This document shows positions 62,570-64,000 of a stretch of 64,000 nt of DNA, one piece after another. The DNA comes from Octopus sinensis (lineage: Eukaryota). Numbering within the stretch: position 1 is the first letter of the stretch; every line of letters begins with the position of its first letter. The DNA is taken from assembly GCF_006345805.1 (NCBI RefSeq), contig NC_042997.1, positions 101,866,001 to 101,930,000 on the forward strand, given 5' to 3'. A program made the translations under genes and the position numbers. Below the pieces are notes generated by a model. It worked only from the letters and a program-made list of their open reading frames with translations, was not told where the DNA came from and did not search any database.

Positions 62570-63480
62570 TGGATTGTGGCCATACTGGGGCATCACTTTG
62601 AAGAGCTTAGTCAAATAAATTGACTGTCAGTCACTTTTTGCTGAACTGCTAAATTATGGGGATGTAAACAAACCAACATTGGTTGTTAAGCAGTGATGGG
62701 GGACAATCACACACACACACGCACAATCTATTTGATGGACTTCTTTCACTTAAACATCTATCAATTCCACTCACAAGTCTTAGGTTGGCCCGGGGCTATA
62801 GTAGTAGACACCCAAGGTGCCATGCAGTGGGACTGAACCTGGATTCATGTGGTTGGGAAGCAACCTGTTAAACATTTATAAATATTTTTGTGTGGTTAAT
62901 AAGTTTGTCCTCCAACTACACGGTTTCAGGTTCAGTCCTGCTGTGTGGCACCGTGGGCAAGCATCTCCTATTAGAGCCTTGGGTCAACCAAAGCTTTGGT
63001 AGTAAATTTGGTAGATGGAAAGTGAAAGAAGCCTGTTGTATATTATGTGTATGGTGTGTGTGTTTGTATATCTTGTATTTTTTACTAGTTTTAGTCATTG
63101 GGACATTACCTTGAAGGGTCTAGTCAAACAATTTGACCCCAGTGCTCGTATTGTTTTTGACCTTATTCTTTTGGTCTCTTTTGCTTAACCATTAAGTGAC
63201 AGGGATGTAAACAAATTAATACTGATGGGGGACAAACACAAAGATGCACACATAGATAGATAGATAAGTTGTTAAGCAATGATAATGATGAGATATATAC
63301 ACATGCATATATACATACATACACTCACATGACAGCCTTCTTTTTAATTCTGCCTACCAAATCCATTTACAAAGCTTTGGTCAGTGCAGTGCTATAGTAG
63401 AAGACACTTGCCCAGGTACCAAGCAGTGGAATTGAACTTGGAACCATGTAGTTGGAAAGCAAACTTCTTATCACACAGCC
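62570..63480. mobile_element. Cluster of three tRNA/CORE SINEs (-, +, -)
   Basis: 62570-62870 (-), 62890-63065 (+ head) and 63080-63480 (-) all match the 12136-12539 family. Confidence 0.8.
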
Positions 63481-64000
63481 ACATCTGTGTGTGTGTGTCT
63501 CCTTGTCTTGATATCTTTCAATCTTTTATGAAATCATGTCTGGTCATGTGGAAATATTACCTTGTTTGGAAACAGGTGAGTGTTGGCAACAAGGAGAAAA
63601 TGTTGCAGAAGAAAATATTTGCATTAATGTATTTTATCTGATCTAAGCAAGCATGCAAAAGCAAACATTAAAATGGGAATAAAGACAAACAATTTTTGTG
63701 TTTTTTGTTGTTTTTGTTTCTTTAAATCATTTATTTAAAAGATCTTAAAAGTGGAGGTTAAACTGAGAGTAATTGATGGATGGAATACTTTTTTGTTATG
63801 AAGAAATGAAAGTTCATGGTCATGCTGAGATCCAGATTAAATGAAAGTGATTATAATCTCTTTCATGTTTTCTATTTACAGCATCTATATTTCCCATAAA
63901 AAAAAAAACATTTCAAACTAGAGTAATATATGCTCAACTATATATAACTTATACAGTTATCTTCTCATTTTCTCAAAATCTAGATTATGAAAAACCTATC

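Overview
AT-rich, repeat-dense eukaryotic genomic DNA. The SINE/RTE repertoire and microsatellite load strongly suggest an octopus (coleoid cephalopod); this is inferred, not searched. One clear host gene is present: a three-exon mitochondrial small-Tim chaperone, TIMM13 (+ strand, 52679-61214, 91 aa), which the ORF track misses. A second, probably minus-strand transcription unit is only inferred, from a non-coding first exon with a donor at 34375 and a long CpG-depleted intron running off the left edge. The rest is transposon-derived: a near-full-length young RTE LINE (about 23.1-27.6 kb), a young CR1 3' fragment, an R4/Dong fragment, three mariner relics, a piggyBac deletion derivative, a non-autonomous Helitron, many MITEs and dozens of tRNA-derived SINEs. 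The most notable observation is three different families of short non-coding elements carrying Penelope-type minimal hammerhead ribozyme motifs, with no Penelope ORF in the window. One family (15344-15827; second copy 54138-54243) fuses a tRNA-derived Pol III head to a hammerhead plus short tail and is inserted as a head-to-head palindrome with a TSD, i.e. a candidate Penelope-mobilised, self-cleaving SINE. Boundaries of old repeats were read by eye and are approximate.
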